Shown here: in pieces, positions 1-15,993 of the stretch
Layout of the letters: every line of letters begins with the position of its first letter
Position numbering within the stretch: position 1 is the first letter of the stretch
Assembly (NCBI GenBank): GCA_030141605.1
Contig: JAQGDQ010000202.1
Coordinates: 280,099 to 344,098, forward strand
DNA: 64,000 nucleotides
Source: Tubiluchus corallicola
Taxonomy: Eukaryota > Animalia > Priapulida
Reading direction: 5' to 3'
Notes under the pieces: generated by a model
Seen by the model: the letters and a program-made list of their open reading frames with translations, nothing else
The model's database searches: none
What the model was told of the DNA's origin: nothing
Made by a program: the position numbers and the translations under genes

Positions 1-443
1 GGCTACAGTAGGAGTAGGGACAGGATTGGCAGTAGTGGTAAGGTGGGGATGGTGAAAAGTAAATACTCTAGAGTGAAGATTCCAATACTGTGAGGTATTG
101 AAGGATACGAGTTGAAGATAAAGATCTGCTTAATCAAGTTGATTTGGTTTATTAATCTGGTTTTATTAAACTTCAACTTTTTACTAAACTTAAAATTTTT
201 AAAAAACTGGAAAAGGCTATGGCAGTTTTTTATCATAATTTGCATTTTTTTGGCTGTAATTTTGATTTGTCAGTTATTGCATAAGGATTGTGTTTTTCAT
301 AAGTTTTGCAAAATTTCCAAGTAGATATTTATGGTCTGTGAAAGTTCAAAACAGTAACTTGCTTCAAACAATAAAAATTAAAGGAAGTAGCAGCTACGAA
401 GCACTTTTCTGCAAGTTTGTCAAAATAAAAGGTGGGTTCTTAC

Positions 444-613
444 TTTATGACATTTCGTGCACCGAGTCGCGAATTTTTCTTCGTAACACCCGGCGCAGTA
501 AATATCACTGTCTTTAGGAATGAAACTACGTGTCCCTATTGGTTGACGGCACACACAACATTGGAAACACTGTTCGTGCCATTGGTGGCCTTTATACTCC
601 ATTTTCTTTGTCC
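444..613 (-). CDS. PET-LIM gene exon: LIM4 and start of LIM5; gene continues left of the window
   Basis: (G)TKKMEYKGHQWHEQCFQCCVC...YCAGCYEEKFATRCTKCHK; ttcag acceptor in phase with the previous exon, AAA|gtaaga donor. Confidence 0.95.
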
Positions 614-832
614 CTGAAATAAATAAGAGTAGCTTATGAATTTATGAGTTTTTAAAAAGCCAAATCATAGGGTGAAAGGCAAAGAAAAGTTCAAATAAAA
701 GTTGAAGAAGCAAACTATACATTTTGCGAATGAATGCTCAGTGGTCACAGTAAGTGGCCAAAATTGAGCAACGTCTAGCTTAGTTAGAAAAGAACAAGTC
801 AGATAGCCTTGGGCAGCATAAAGGAAAGAGAG

Positions 833-1120
<288 letters not shown>

Positions 1121-1126
1121 ACTTAC

Positions 1127-1301
1127 CGGCCTTGAAAATATGTCCACAGCCATCACATCGAGTAGCGAATGCGGAATCATAACAGTTTGCACAGAATAGC
1201 CGGTCATCCTTGGAACCGAACGGCTTATCAACTAACGAAATTTTACACAATGAACATAAGAAGCATCGCTCATGCCAATGCTTGTCTTTGTATGACAAAT
1301 C
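1127..1301 (-). CDS. PET-LIM gene exon: LIM3 and start of LIM4 (FHL-like)
   Basis: DLSYKDKHWHERCFLCSLCKISLVDKPFGSKDDRLFCANCYDSAFATRCDGCGHIFKA(G); tgcag acceptor, G|gtaagt donor (phase 1). Confidence 0.95.
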
Positions 1302-2569
1302 CTGCAAGGAAAACTCAAGTCACCATACAAACAGAAGATCAAAATGATGCCATTCAAAGAGTGCGTTTGCTAACAGTTTCATTAGACCTATTAACTGGAC
1401 AGAAATTTTATATAACTTAAAAGTTAAAAACCGAAAATGCTGACTACAACGTCACCAACAAACTGACTGTAAACTGTACAATGAGTAAGAAAAATAATGG
1501 TATTTCGGATACCGCACGTGTCCACAAATGCTTATAGGATGTTATTTTACTTAAAGTATCTTACTATTTGTTCCTTAAACGTGTTCACAAAAGAACATAA
1601 ATTAAGTAATTTAGATACCTATTTACATGTTGTTATGAAAACAAGGTTAAATTCAGGATCAATGTTTTCTTTATGTTGTAAGCTCAACAAACAGTCTCTG
1701 TCATAAAAAAATTTCTAAATTTGCTGTATACCATACGATATACTTATACAACGTATAATCATCTATGTGCCTGTAAATTCATGATCCACTCTTCGAGGTT
1801 TCCATGACATCCGTATCGGCAACCACCGATGTCCACAATTTATGCATCCGTAAAAGGAATAAAGGAGTGTCACAGTTGTATGTTCGTCCACGAAGTGAAT
1901 CCCACGAGAGAATGAATTCATACCGTGGCTTGAATAATAATTACAATATCCAGTGCCTAGTCACCAGTTAATTTGAATAAGACGTGTGTGGGCAGGGCGT
2001 AGAAAGGAATTAACGGAGTACCATAATAGAACTCAGTAAAATGCATGCAGCTGCAGATGGTACAAATTCAAATACTTTTCAGTGTGCATTTTACATTGAT
2101 GTTTAAGCCGTATTCCAGGAAAATCTGTATCAGCCATGCGGGAATCAGTATTATTGGTAAAGTCACAAATTTTGTTACAAAAAGTAATTTGTGAAGTTTA
2201 ATCTACTCTGACATTGCTTACATTAAAAATCTAAAAAACCCGCTGTTACAAACTCTTCTAGCTTCTTACAGAGCAGTTTTTGCGGAACTGTCTAGTGCCT
2301 AAAAGGCCTACAGCACAGTTGCCATCTGGAAGTAGAACCTTGTGCAGTTTAAAAACAATGTCAATTTATGACTATTTTTGGACCACCCCCTAGGCTTATA
2401 GAAGTAGAGTAAATACTCTCTAAATCTGATTGTAGTGTGTCAAGGATTTGTATTAAAGCCTTCATATTTAGATTCTTTTGGATCGAGTGACTGTACTACC
2501 GCTCCTTTTTGGGGGGGGGGGCATTTTTGAAAACAAATGTTACTTTAGCCTCATCGTGATAAAATATAC

Positions 2570-2770
2570 CTTGGAATCTGTTCCGATGGGTTTATGACAC
2601 TCGTGGCAGACATTGGCAAACGTTGTTTCGTAGCAACGAACGCAGTAAGGGTGGTCCTCTCGGAGAATGTACCGTTGCCCTGTCAATGGGCTGTCACAGC
2701 TCCAGCAACAAAAGTGTCCCGTGTGCCAATCTTTACTCATAGCTTTCGTATATTCACCAGAAAATATTAG
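2570..2770 (-). CDS. PET-LIM gene exon: LIM2 and start of LIM3
   Basis: LIFSGEYTKAMSKDWHTGHFCCWSCD...PYCVRCYETTFANVCHECHKPIGTDSK; tacag acceptor, AAG|gtatat donor. Confidence 0.95.
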
Positions 2771-3719
2771 CTGTAAACATTAACGATACAATTTTAAACA
2801 TATCTTGAAATATGAAAACGTCGAATAAGGTACTATATTCGAATAGCGTTACTCTTTCAGAAAACTCCTGAATGGTTTGTAAGTTTAAGGTGGCTCATTT
2901 CTGTTTAGAACCACCCTCATGTTGAAGAACAGGGAATTATTAAACTGCCTCAGCTCCTTTGGGGAACATCAGAAAAACGTGATCTGTATGTACATTGGGT
3001 GGTGGTATGGTAACAAATGGCAGCGCAATAATGAAGCTTTTGAGTATAGTTCTAGGAAGATTAGAGAAAACTACTATTTTAGAATTGCCACCCTAAATCC
3101 GATTGACGATTTAGACAGCAAATCGTCTATTTGTGTATGCATAATTACTCTTTTTTCCCGTCTGTCCGTCTTTATCCGTACCTCTCCTGTAAGTTACACT
3201 TACTATTAGCTTACATAGACAGGAAAACAAATGTTTTTTATTAGCATCATCATTATCACTATCATCACGTTTGCATTATCATAAAAGCAATGCTAGTAAC
3301 ATCAACAGCGAAGCAAACAAACAAACAGGCAGATAACAATAGCAGCAGCAACGATGACGGTGATGAAATGAAAACAAGCAGCAACAGCGGCAACAATAAG
3401 AGCAGCAATATCCAGATGAACAACAAAACAGCAATACGTTCGAAGAACACAAAGAGCACAAGCTGCAACAATACAGATATTGTTATATTGCGATATTGTT
3501 ACATATCAGTTCATATTACATTACTTATTGGCTTACATTTAAAAGCTCCACAGAAACATTTTGAGCATGGCAGGAGAAATTAAAATTGATATAATAAAAA
3601 AATGTGTAAATATGTTTCCACTGTTTTGTTTAATCTGCTTTGCTCACTTAACGATTCTAGTACGCTAACAATACACACATAATACTAAAAATCAGTTAAT
3701 AAGCAGTCGATGTGACAGG

Positions 3720-4237
<518 letters not shown>

Positions 4238-7200
4238 GTGACAGATAATAATTAGGATTGGTTATATGTCCTATAGTTCTCTTCAAAAAGCAAGTTGGAA
4301 CAAAGCCCGTCTCGTTTGTGCTTTTTACATGCAATCTACAGCGTTTTGTAATTCTGGTCTTCTTTCTTCCAGAGAGCTATAGAATAAAGAACCACACAAA
4401 TGTCTTTGATAGCTGGTGTTTGCAGGATGATTTTTGAAAACTTTGAGTGCCCATCCCACATCGAACAAATTATCATGGTCATTATCGACTCAAATCTAGG
4501 GACGTTCCTACCATCACACATTCAAATATGTAAGTGTTGCAAATAACCGGGTTAAAAATGTCAAAATTGGGTTTTTCGTTTCCCGTTCTCCAATATGGTT
4601 TAGACCAGAAAAATAAATCATGAATGATGCGTTACATCGAGAAATTTTGAGACATTAATGAATTAACGAGAATGGTTATGTGGCTGGATTATAATGTGTT
4701 TTAATATATTTAATCCTTGCGCCTAGGTCTTAAGAAGTAAACTCTGCGCCTCAATGCCCTGACGTTATTGATAATTAGGTATTCGAGGCAGCCATGTTTC
4801 TAATTATAGACCTCTTATAAAATGTCCCTCATCGACTGAAGCCAATTGGACAGGGCGGTTCTAAAATGGGTTTCTGTAAATTAACGCACATTAACGTGAT
4901 TGACAAAAAGACAAAAACATTGACAAATAAACGTTCATGCAGTAAGCATGCATGTTCATGTAGACTGTGGACCATGACAAATAATTCCAAATATTAGGCA
5001 ATGATTTAATTCCTCAGCAAATTAGATGTTAATTAAACGAGTTTTGGCTGTGTGGTGGAAAATGACAAATGAGTACTAGTAGTTGCAGGAATGTCGGTCA
5101 AAATATGTGCTTTAGTAGGTCAGAGGCGGGGGAAACCGATAAATGGACAGAGAAGGTAAGAGAGCGAAGTATACAGATCACAGAATAGAAGCGAGAAAAT
5201 ACCAAGGAAGCGTTCGGCGTAAAGTCACTGGGCAAAGCAGAGAAATTGGCTAAAGCCAATGGTGCTGATGATGATAATGACAGCGATGATGATGATGAGG
5301 AGGAGAAGAAGGACGACGCCTGCGTTGACAAAGTAACTATAGCCAAGCAGTTGAGGAAATGGCAGCCAGTCATGTACGTCTACAGATATTGTAAAACAAC
5401 CAAGGAAAATTATTATTAGTTGTTGCCAGACTTCTGTGCAACAAATTTTCATTCTGTGGCTTCAAGGCAGATATGGCGCCGCTAGCTAATTATCTGACAA
5501 AGTGAAAAACGATTTTAGCTAAACCGAGTTTGAGAGTGTCTCTGCGGATACTTCCTATATAAATTATGTATGTTACAGGCAAAGCGTGAAACCGCGTATT
5601 CTATAGAATGCCCAGACATTTTATGGAGGTCAAAACAAACCAGTTAGTGTCTAATTAGTTCCTTCTACACTTTTCCTAGTTATTATAATTTAAATGCTTG
5701 TCTAGGTAAAGTGTGTAATTCTTAGATTCTGAATATAATTTTCCTAGGAATTTTGTAGAATGTTGTTAAGTTAATCTAAAAATAAAGCAAATATTCATTT
5801 GTTGTAATATAATTTTCTTAAGTATTTTATATAATGCCAATTTTTAGAGACACACGGACGGACGGACGGACGGACGGACGGACGGACGGGCGGGAAGGCA
5901 GGCAGGCAGGCAGGCAGGCAGGCAGACAAGCAGATAGATAGACAGACAGATAGATGAGAGAGAGAGTGAGAGAGAGAGAGATAGATGAAATCTGTACCAA
6001 GAATAAAGATGTTAGTTTATGTTAAAGTGATCAATTTTACTACAAATGCCAAGTAAATTTATAGATTTACATAAAGCAATTCAAGTTTAACATAGTTATA
6101 CAAACTGATTAATCCACGTATTCATTTTTATTATAAAAAATAATAATTATTATTAGGAAACCAAAGTTAGCAACTTTTTGATGATCAACTCATTTAGTCT
6201 GACAATCAGATCACTTATTTTGTGCAGTAATTTGCTCAGATTTGATTCTCGAAAGGCAGTAAAAGTAAATAGATCAGTCACGCAATAACTGACAACACCT
6301 GATGCATATTTTTAATTTTTATTAATTGGTTTTTCTTTGAGATATTGGTGAGTGACGAAGACATTACATTCATGCTGTTGTTTTGATGGGATCATGTGAG
6401 CATGATTTCGCAACACGAGTCATTAGCTTTATTGAAAATGATTTTGTTTACAGTAAAATCTCATCCACAACAACGTTTCACAAATTCTCTGAAAGCTCCA
6501 TCTAGATAAAAAAAACATTCATGAAATTTTTATTACAAGCAGCTGAAATTTGCAACAAGGTTAATTAAAAATTTCTCGCAAATTCAAATTACGACAAAAT
6601 GTTGTGCAACTAATACTTAAACGCGAGACTTTTATATTTTTTATTACTTTTTGTAAATCTCCTTTGATCCAGCAACGGTCAGTATTATTAATTATTTCAA
6701 AAGCTGTATTATTAAGGTGATTCAGAGAATGTTGGAAGGCATATTATATATTAGACACTCACTAGCGTCGTATAAATCATTTGTAGTTATATTAAATTTA
6801 CAATACGGCAAGAATCATTAATGAATAACTGCGATGAGAGACGTGCATTAGAGACCTCATTCTACAAACACAGTTCCCCGCTAGGACCTAGCCCCATTTT
6901 ACTTATTGACTGCTTAGCGAATATCAATGGTCGCTTGCATTACTTGTTGCGTATAGCGAAAACTTGGAGCCGTTTGTGTGATTGCAACTTACAAATGTGA
7001 CAGAACAGAATAATGTTCAAGCAAATAAAACCAAATAAATGAAAGTGATGGAAGATTTTAAAAAGTGTTAAAAATAATCGTGTCTAAGACAGAAATCAGC
7101 TTCATTTGTTAAGTTAGACTGTTACACGCTATACGTTAACGAATTTGCAGAGATAAACCATCAAAACGTCCGGTTGCTCACATGTCTGATAACTATCAAC

Positions 7201-9135
7201 AAAATTTCCTTCTGTATTCATTTTCTTAGATAATCAGAATATTAAAATTATCACACGGTTCATATTTTGTATCATTCCTATACAACGTGTATGTCGCTGT
7301 CGACTGACCAATTATAAAGTAGAGAAACATAAGTACATAATAAGTTATGCACTCATAAACCATAATAAAATTTCTCTTTGCTTACATTGATCAGGGTCAT
7401 TGTCGTTCGACAATAGACCTCTTTCGAAAGAAGCAAGAAGTTAAAACAAGCTAGTTACTGCATATATCAAATTACACCAAATTACTACAAAATATATATA
7501 TAATACCGAAATTAAAGATCACTTACACTAATTTAATCAGACAGAATTGATAAAAATCTTGACTATGTTTATTTAAGGCTATATAGAAACCACGTTCTTG
7601 CAGACACAGCTGTATGTCCAGTCAAATGCAGCTCTCATGCTTCAACGATACGCAGACCTAATAGCTGTTATCAACCTCACTAAACTTGTACACTGAAGTC
7701 CTGGGAGGACTGCTTCATCGCAAGCAAACCCCAACCTTTCCTGGTGCTTGACCACAAGTTCTTGATTATTCGTTCGCATATCAGTTTGTGTGCAGTACTT
7801 ATATATAAAACGTTTTTCTCATAAAATACAACACTGCTTCGTTATAAAAACTTCTTTTTGTTATCCGTTTACTTATAATTGCTTTTTTAACTGACACCTT
7901 CTTGTTGATACGCCACGGTTTCTGTAATGTGTAGAATGAAACTTCAGAAAGTAATACAATATCAGCTAGCCTGGTTTCGTCCTAGCTTTGACACGTTTCG
8001 CCTAGGCAGACGTCGCTGGCTTCAGCTAAAGTTCTTCCCCTCAATGCGCATGCGCGCACTTACTAACAACTTTTCAAGCATTTTTCCACGAAATATAAGA
8101 AAAACATCAAATAATAACGAGGAACGAATACGCTTGAGAAAAGAGACTACAAGAATAAAATTTTTTGGTTTTTTAATGCCAGAAAAAGATTTACTACATA
8201 TAAGCTGTTTATATTAAATACCAAAAACGGATTCATTTATAAACGCCACTAACTACACAATGGTGTCCTTTAAATTATTAGAATTATCCAAATTTATAGA
8301 AAGGATAATGCGACAGGTCGGGTACCGCAATACTGACGATGACGACAGTGATGATGATGATAGCGACGATGATGACGACGTTGGTAACAAGATTATGATG
8401 ACGATACCAATGATGACGAAGATGGTAACGATAACTATGATGATATCTGCGAGGATAATTTTCTATGACTAAATATCGCAACTCAATGAATTTCATTATA
8501 GATTGTTGCCTAAATACTTGACCTGTGTAGAATGCTTTGTGTGAAAGATGCAGTCACGCACTTTTCATCAATAATAGCTGCAGAGCATAAATCCAGCCTC
8601 ACAATCCCGCTTTTAAATTCATGTAAGTTGGAACCATTACAATATCCCGCATTTCGCCAACATCACCGATAAAAAGGGTAATAGCGCTCTAATAGCTGGA
8701 ATTGTGGTCGTTAATTTCTTGGCTGTTCCAGCTACTTTAGAGGAATATATTTTATGGGGGAAATATTTCTTGACTGTAATTTAGCTACTGACCGATTTTA
8801 TTTCACGCCCATGGAATTATACATTTCATGGCAAAGCATTGGCTATGCTATCGTAAAACTGAAATACGGAAATTGTCGTTGTAAGCACCTAGGTTGAAAT
8901 AATAATTTATGAATAAGATTTACATTGGTGAGACACGCTGTATCGCCTATTTTCCTTTGAATAGTTTTCCTATCAATAGTTACTTTGCTTTTAGCGATTA
9001 ATAATATGTAAGCTAACATTGAGAAATGTTAAATTAAAAAAAATGTCGAGTCTTGGTAAAAGAGTAAATTAAAAATCACAAAATCGTGATAGGTGGACTA
9101 GACTATATGTTTTACGGGAACGCACGTAGGCCCAT

Positions 9136-9650
<515 letters not shown>

Positions 9651-10039
9651 TTATTTTACGTCAAATTTCATTACATACAAAGAACAGTAGTTCATAAGGG
9701 ACTGCTCAATCGACGAAACGTTGCATTTTCATAGTTACGATGTAGTAACTATGAAAATTACTGTGTCATTATGCGAAGTGTTTCTATAACAGGACTTCAT
9801 AAAAAATTCATTTGCAAATTCTGTTATAATCTCATATAATATTAAATTAAGCGTACTTTTATAGCGTTATGATAGAGCAATCACACGTGCAGTATGTTGC
9901 AGTAGCACTCTCGGGACGGCTTCACGGGTTTATAATTATAATGATTTAGTATATTCTATCATAATTTCAGAAGTGATGCAGCGCGACGCATTAGATCTGC
10001 CTAACGGCTGAGAGCCTGAGAGGAAAGTATCAATGGTCG

Positions 10040-10196
10040 TGGTGACGTACAGTTTGGTAATGAAAATGCTTTCATACAGGAGGCAAGATAATGAAGTGGA
10101 ATGAATAATAGGAGGCAGTATCCGACTGATACTAAACTGTTACGTACAGCAGAAAAGACAGAACAAAAAGGTTGTAGATCTACCGACCATGGTACG

Positions 10197-10258
<62 letters not shown>

Positions 10259-10265
10259 GATCATC
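10040..10265 (+). mobile_element. Possible RTE-type LINE 3' end with (ATC)n tail
   Basis: KLLRTAE..DR-like degenerate segment directly upstream of an (ATC)n tract at 10197-10265. Confidence 0.3.
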
Positions 10266-10774
10266 AACAAACTTATCAACAAAATTACAAAGCGTAGCAA
10301 GTTTCTGGGCACTACACTAATTAGTCCAAAATAATGGATAGAAACCAGTTCAAACCGCCAACGATTCAGAACCAAGCGACAGAGTACAAGAAATCAACTA
10401 ACCAACATTGCAAAAAATATCACGTGTGACACGAGTATCTTATTTTACTGAGTTTAGTCAGAGTTATTCAACATTTTATCCGCTAATAAAGCACACGTCA
10501 ATAGTTAGCATGGCTATCGAGTTATAATTCAGCAAAGCAATATTGTTTTAATGTAGGCCAGCGCCATCTGCGTTCAAAAAGCGGCACTATCAAAATTAGT
10601 GCCAAGCAAGTGTAGCAGTGAACTATATGGCTTCTTCTACTGAAGTCGTTGTTGCGTCAGTGTGCCACAATTGTTGTCAACATTATTTCCGATGACGTTA
10701 TTATTTTCGTGATCATGCCGCAATAGGTGTTTTGTTTACTACTGCTATTCACCATCAACTTCTTTCTAGCGTTG

Positions 10775-11030
<256 letters not shown>

Positions 11031-11143
11031 TCAACGTGGTTATCACCGTTACTAACATTTCATTTACTTGCCATTGCTGCACAGAAGGCTGCAAAAGATC
11101 TAACTACAAATATACAGTACAGTATATAAAAAGAATCACTTAC

Positions 11144-11359
11144 TTCATCACAACCTGCACATCGTGGTTTCATTGTCTCTGCATAGTGACGCTCGCATAG
11201 TAAGTAGCCGTCTTTCACGCAGTAAGTTAAATCTACTAACAACTCATCACATTTCTTGCAAACGAAGCAAGCTGGGTGCCAGCAAACGTTTTCTCCGAAT
11301 TTGGGCGCTAAAACGGCGACTTCGCCAGCTGAGATTTCTCCCTGACACTTCTTGCACTC
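11144..11359 (-). CDS. PET-LIM gene exon: LIM1 and start of LIM2
   Basis: ECKKCQGEI...WHPACFVCKKCDELLVDLTYCVKDGYLLCERHYAETMKPRCAGCDE; ttcag acceptor, GAA|gtaagt donor. Confidence 0.95.
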
Positions 11360-12572
11360 CTGAAATGCGTAATTCACAAGTAACATTTTACAAGTAGCCA
11401 GTTATTATTACTAACTTTAATGCATATTGAAAAGCTAAGAAACATAACAAGTAAACAGTAAAGAAAGCAAATACGTACACAAACGGACCAAAAAAAACAG
11501 TTGAAGAGTGAGGCAGAGTAGTCAAAAACAGTGACTCGAAGATCTGGAAATTCTTCTTTGGTCAAGGCCGCACAGTACAATTTGACCAATCTTTAGACAA
11601 TTTTATATCTCATATACTGAGACTGTTAGATGATTTTTTACAAACTACAGGTGTGACCAAAGGCTGGCTTTTCACTGTCATCTTTGGGACTCGACTAAAA
11701 TGTGACACACAATTTCGTTTGATCAACACCATGTTCATACTTTTTTAAAATAAAGTGCTAACTGCTTATTTTTGGCGGTTTAACTTCCTTGTTTATCGTG
11801 TTACAGGCATTTTACCCTTTCCATATAAAATGATTATTAAACTGTTGCAAAATCTGGCAAGCAAACAATAACTTGGACATCCAAGATAAATAAATATGTT
11901 CACAACTTCAACCAAATATAGCTTTGGGAGCAGACGAACTTACGCTGTTAGCTGCACACAGTAGGTGGAATACTCTAATAAATGGTAATGAATTAATGTC
12001 TACAACATTGATACATAAATTCAAGAAAAGAATTTACACGTATCTAGGTTATGAGACCATGATTATTGGCAACACTAAGTACATTTACTGCAATTAGACT
12101 GGCCATTACATACTTTCAATAACTGTTAACTCTTGATCATTTTTCTCCTTTTCTTCGTCATTATTAATCGACCAATTCTTCTGATTAATCACCCATACAG
12201 TTTTACTGTTTTGTCATTCAAAAAGGGTTTCATGCTGTTTAGCGTCTATTTAACTGGATTGGCAACCTTTTTCATGCATATAAGTCATGATTATGATAGT
12301 CCTCGTTAAACATTTCATTAGTTTCTATTGAACTTCGTTCTGTGAGTTTGTCTAGTAATTTATACTGTGTGTTTACGTTTTCTGTGTTTTCCTCTTGTGT
12401 TTTTTATCTGTTGTGTTTTTTCTACGTGTTTGTGTTTAGTGCGATATCCTTTTTATGTTAATAAAATAAACAAAAAAATATGCCAAAATTTAGTTTAATA
12501 GTTCCTTGTAATTTTTTCTTATTTTGTCTTTTTTTGAAGAAGAACTACAGTGGTAGCTCGAAACGTTATGCC

Positions 12573-12739
<167 letters not shown>

Positions 12740-12966
12740 TTTCTTTGTTTTAAACTGTGGGATTTTTATTTATCGCCATTATCATATATCATTGAGATCT
12801 AATCTGCATTATTCAATGACTATTTCAGGAAAGCCAAGTCTTGTAAGCTTAACTAGCTGGAGTTGGCAAACCATGACACACTTTCATTTTTTGCCCATTG
12901 TGCGGTATGCAAGTTTAGAGGTCCGTTGCGTGCCAGTCGGACTTTGGTTCGTTAGCCACAACTTAC

Positions 12967-13200
12967 CATGTCCCGTTCCAGTGAACCCTTGGCATAGCCA
13001 ATGTCAAGTGCTACTTCGTTTCGAACGCTGATGAAATCATGGTAGGATTTTCGTGACGATGACTCTAAGTGCTTGCAGTAAGCGTCCGCCAAATCTTGGC
13101 GTGGTAGTTGAATGAGAATCTGTCTCTCCCTGTATTTTTCACCAGGCGTATTCAGTCGAGGCACCTTATGATTAGGTAACTGGGACATGTACTCCTCTAC
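12967..13200 (-). CDS. PET-LIM gene exon: PET domain core
   Basis: VEEYMSQLPNHKVPRLNTPGEKYRERQILIQLPRQDLADAYCKHL...RNEVALDIG; tgtag acceptor, ATG|gtaagt donor, phase 0-0. Confidence 0.93.
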
Positions 13201-14621
13201 CTACAATAAAATTTACAAAAACGTTGTATAATTTTTTTTTGAGAGTATATTTGATGATTTTGGAAAAACAGTCGAAATGTGCGTTTTCTTCTCGTTTTTG
13301 GATTTAGACTTTTGTCATATTTAAGTTTGCAAAGTGCAATGAAAGCCGCAGCGTAATCGTTTAATAACCCCTCACTGCCAAAAAAACAATTTTCATAGTC
13401 ATAGGAAGCGAAATTTTGATCATTGAGCATAAGATGGCGCTGCGATATCGCATATTATAGAGTACTACTACACTAAAGTTGTCGAATGGTGCTGTCTGCC
13501 AAGCTATGTCCCAGCAGTGCTAGCAACGTCACAGTGTCATACAGTCGATAAACAAAACTAAAACGTGTTTTAAAGATTGTTTAAGAACTAGTGCCAATAA
13601 GTATTTACCTGCTATGTTCAGTCCACTTTAAATGTCATCGATTAGTTTATCGGTGAAAGGGTTTAACAATAAAATAAATCTGGTTAGCACGTGTCCTGCC
13701 AAGGCCAAGAGATCGCACCACAATGTGGAGTTTAGGCATGGTATTTTTTCTTAAAAATCTTTAAAAGTTTGGCATTTACATAGCGATTTAAGGTCGTCTC
13801 GAAAAAATAGCGCATCTGTTAAGATTCAGTAGAGAAGCTAAGAGAACAAACGAAACACCCGAAGCCAGTAGAGGAAAGTCTGGCAATTTAGACTCAATCT
13901 GGTTATGGCGAATCGGCCTAGTATTCAAGAAACTGCATCAAGTAAATTACAGTGAGTGCCAAGACTTTCCTAGTCAAAGGTACACAAAGGATTTCAAGAT
14001 TCAGTTCGGGTCGAAACTATTCAAACAAGTGTTGTCTGAAGCTCATTAAATGCTACTGAGTCGTTCAAGTTTCAACTATTGGCGTAAGCTGAATAAAGCC
14101 CAGCTTCAATGTATCCACCGCGAGTCAATTTACTCTTTTTCTATAAACGTTTGGACAGTGAAATGGTCTTCGACGACGTTTGTTCAGCAAATAAAATCCA
14201 CGTTTGTATTGCCGTATTAGCACTTAAGTCGAAGAAATGAGTCCAGGGCAAGAAATCACTGCTCTAGCCTGACAAGTACATATGAATAGAGAGCATTTAA
14301 CAAGAAAACCTGAAAAACGGTTACTGTAACATATCCGCCTACATGTCCGCGTTTATCCACCAATGCCCAGATTAGTTCAATTATTGAACTGGGCTCAGTT
14401 AATTATTTGTGGTGCCAAGGCCAATGTCGGCACTGCACAAAACTGTAATCACTCGGTCAAAAATATTAAGCGAAAGCGAAAGTACACGCATCAGAAGGAT
14501 TTGGGCCTTTTCTACATCCGTTACAGTAGCATTCGACTGAAGTGTACTTGGAGAAAAGCTTGCAGAAATTAATTACCTGCACATACAGTATCATAAAAAA
14601 GTTTATATGTTTAGACACAAA

Positions 14622-15240
14622 ATGTTAGCTAGATCAAAAACCGCAATTTTTTCCTTGTTTACGTTTCCTGTGGTCATTGCAGTTCCTAGAGCTCAGACAA
14701 CGATGCTCACTAGCTAATGCAATCCTATAGAAGTGCTGAGTTGCAGGGAAAATGCTGGCTATAATGAGACGAGTCTTCTTTGGCAACCTGCCGCCCAGTA
14801 TGAAATTGACTATGCAGGAATGAGTACAAGTGAATGTAAGTCTGATTCAATGTGGCCATGGTTATGCGCAAGCATACTACCTGTGTGTGGAAATGGTCAA
14901 CCAGTTAACAAAAGACCATGCAGGAGTCTATGTTTGCATGTGCAGCAGGAATGTCCGAGTTCATTTGTGTATCTGGCTTTGCGCACAGGTTTGATCCATC
15001 CATCAAACTGTAACGATCTTCCAGGTACAGACTGTTGGACTCCCTTTACAAACTCCCATGCAAGACAAATCTATATACCAGCAGGTACCACAAGCAGCGC
15101 AGAATTAGCAAGAGGTATAACAGATCAGACAACCGGTGTTTCAGAGAAGCGAAACTCAGAGAAACCAGGTTATGAAGAATCGAAAGCGTCACGCTCGGTG
15201 CAAGCAGGTGACGAAAGGATGGAAAAGTTACTAGAGAAAG
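14622..15240 (+). pseudogene. Exon 1 of a nested gene: signal peptide + Frizzled cysteine-rich domain + Ser/Thr/Glu spacer, with a premature TAA at 14715-14717 (pseudogene, null allele or sequence error)
   Basis: aaaATG, MLARSKTAIFSLFTFPVVIAVPRAQTTMLTS*, then CNPIEVLSCRENAGYNET...ECKSDSMWPWLCASILPVC...PCRSLCLHVQQEC...NCNDLPGTDC, i.e. all 10 Fz-CRD cysteines; donor AAAG|gtaaat (alternative donor after 15249), phase 1. Confidence 0.8.
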
Positions 15241-15993
15241 GTAAATCAGGTAAAACGGGCTATCAAGCTTGTGCTATGTTCCGTCTACGGAACTAAACTA
15301 TAATGAAACAACTTTTTCTTGCTTTAATAAAAATGTTAATAATTCATTTCAACAAACAATTGCCAAGTGCTGTTAATAAACGTGTACAATGTAAAACACT
15401 TAATCACTTAAGTTATATGCAATTAAGCCTAGTAAAGTAAATCATGTAACATGTTGTTTTTAAGACAGTTTCACACATATTTTATACTGCATTATAAAGA
15501 CTGTAGTATAAAGCTAATGTGGTGATTTGCAAACGTTTAGAAATAGACCTATCGCTTAAACTTTACTAAACTAACTTTTTATACATTCAAATCTGTCGTA
15601 GCTTATGTCCTACCAAAATTAAAGCTTACATCACGTGTATAATATACGGTGCTGAATTTCACGTTTTACATGTAGCCGGTATTTCAGAAAAGGCAGTGTT
15701 TTCCGATTACAAAATCACATGTTTGAACTCTTAGTATGAATACAAATATTACGAAAAGTGCTATAGAAGTAGACAGGTGCTTCACCAGAGATATTAGGGG
15801 CGATTTTAAATTCATTAGTACAAAAACAAAAGAACTGTGAGCACTTTTTTGTCATTTCTCGAAAAAGGCACTGCGATAAATCTGCTAGTTGAAAATAAAG
15901 CTAAACTTGGTCGGTAAGGTCAGTAATGAACACAATTTAGACTCACTTTATCAACATTAATCACTATTCTTACTAAGAAGCACTTTTTTACAG

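Noticed and set aside
1-130. Next LIM exon of the PET-LIM gene
   Set aside because: No minus-strand frame gives LIM Cys/His spacing; the remaining exons must lie outside the window
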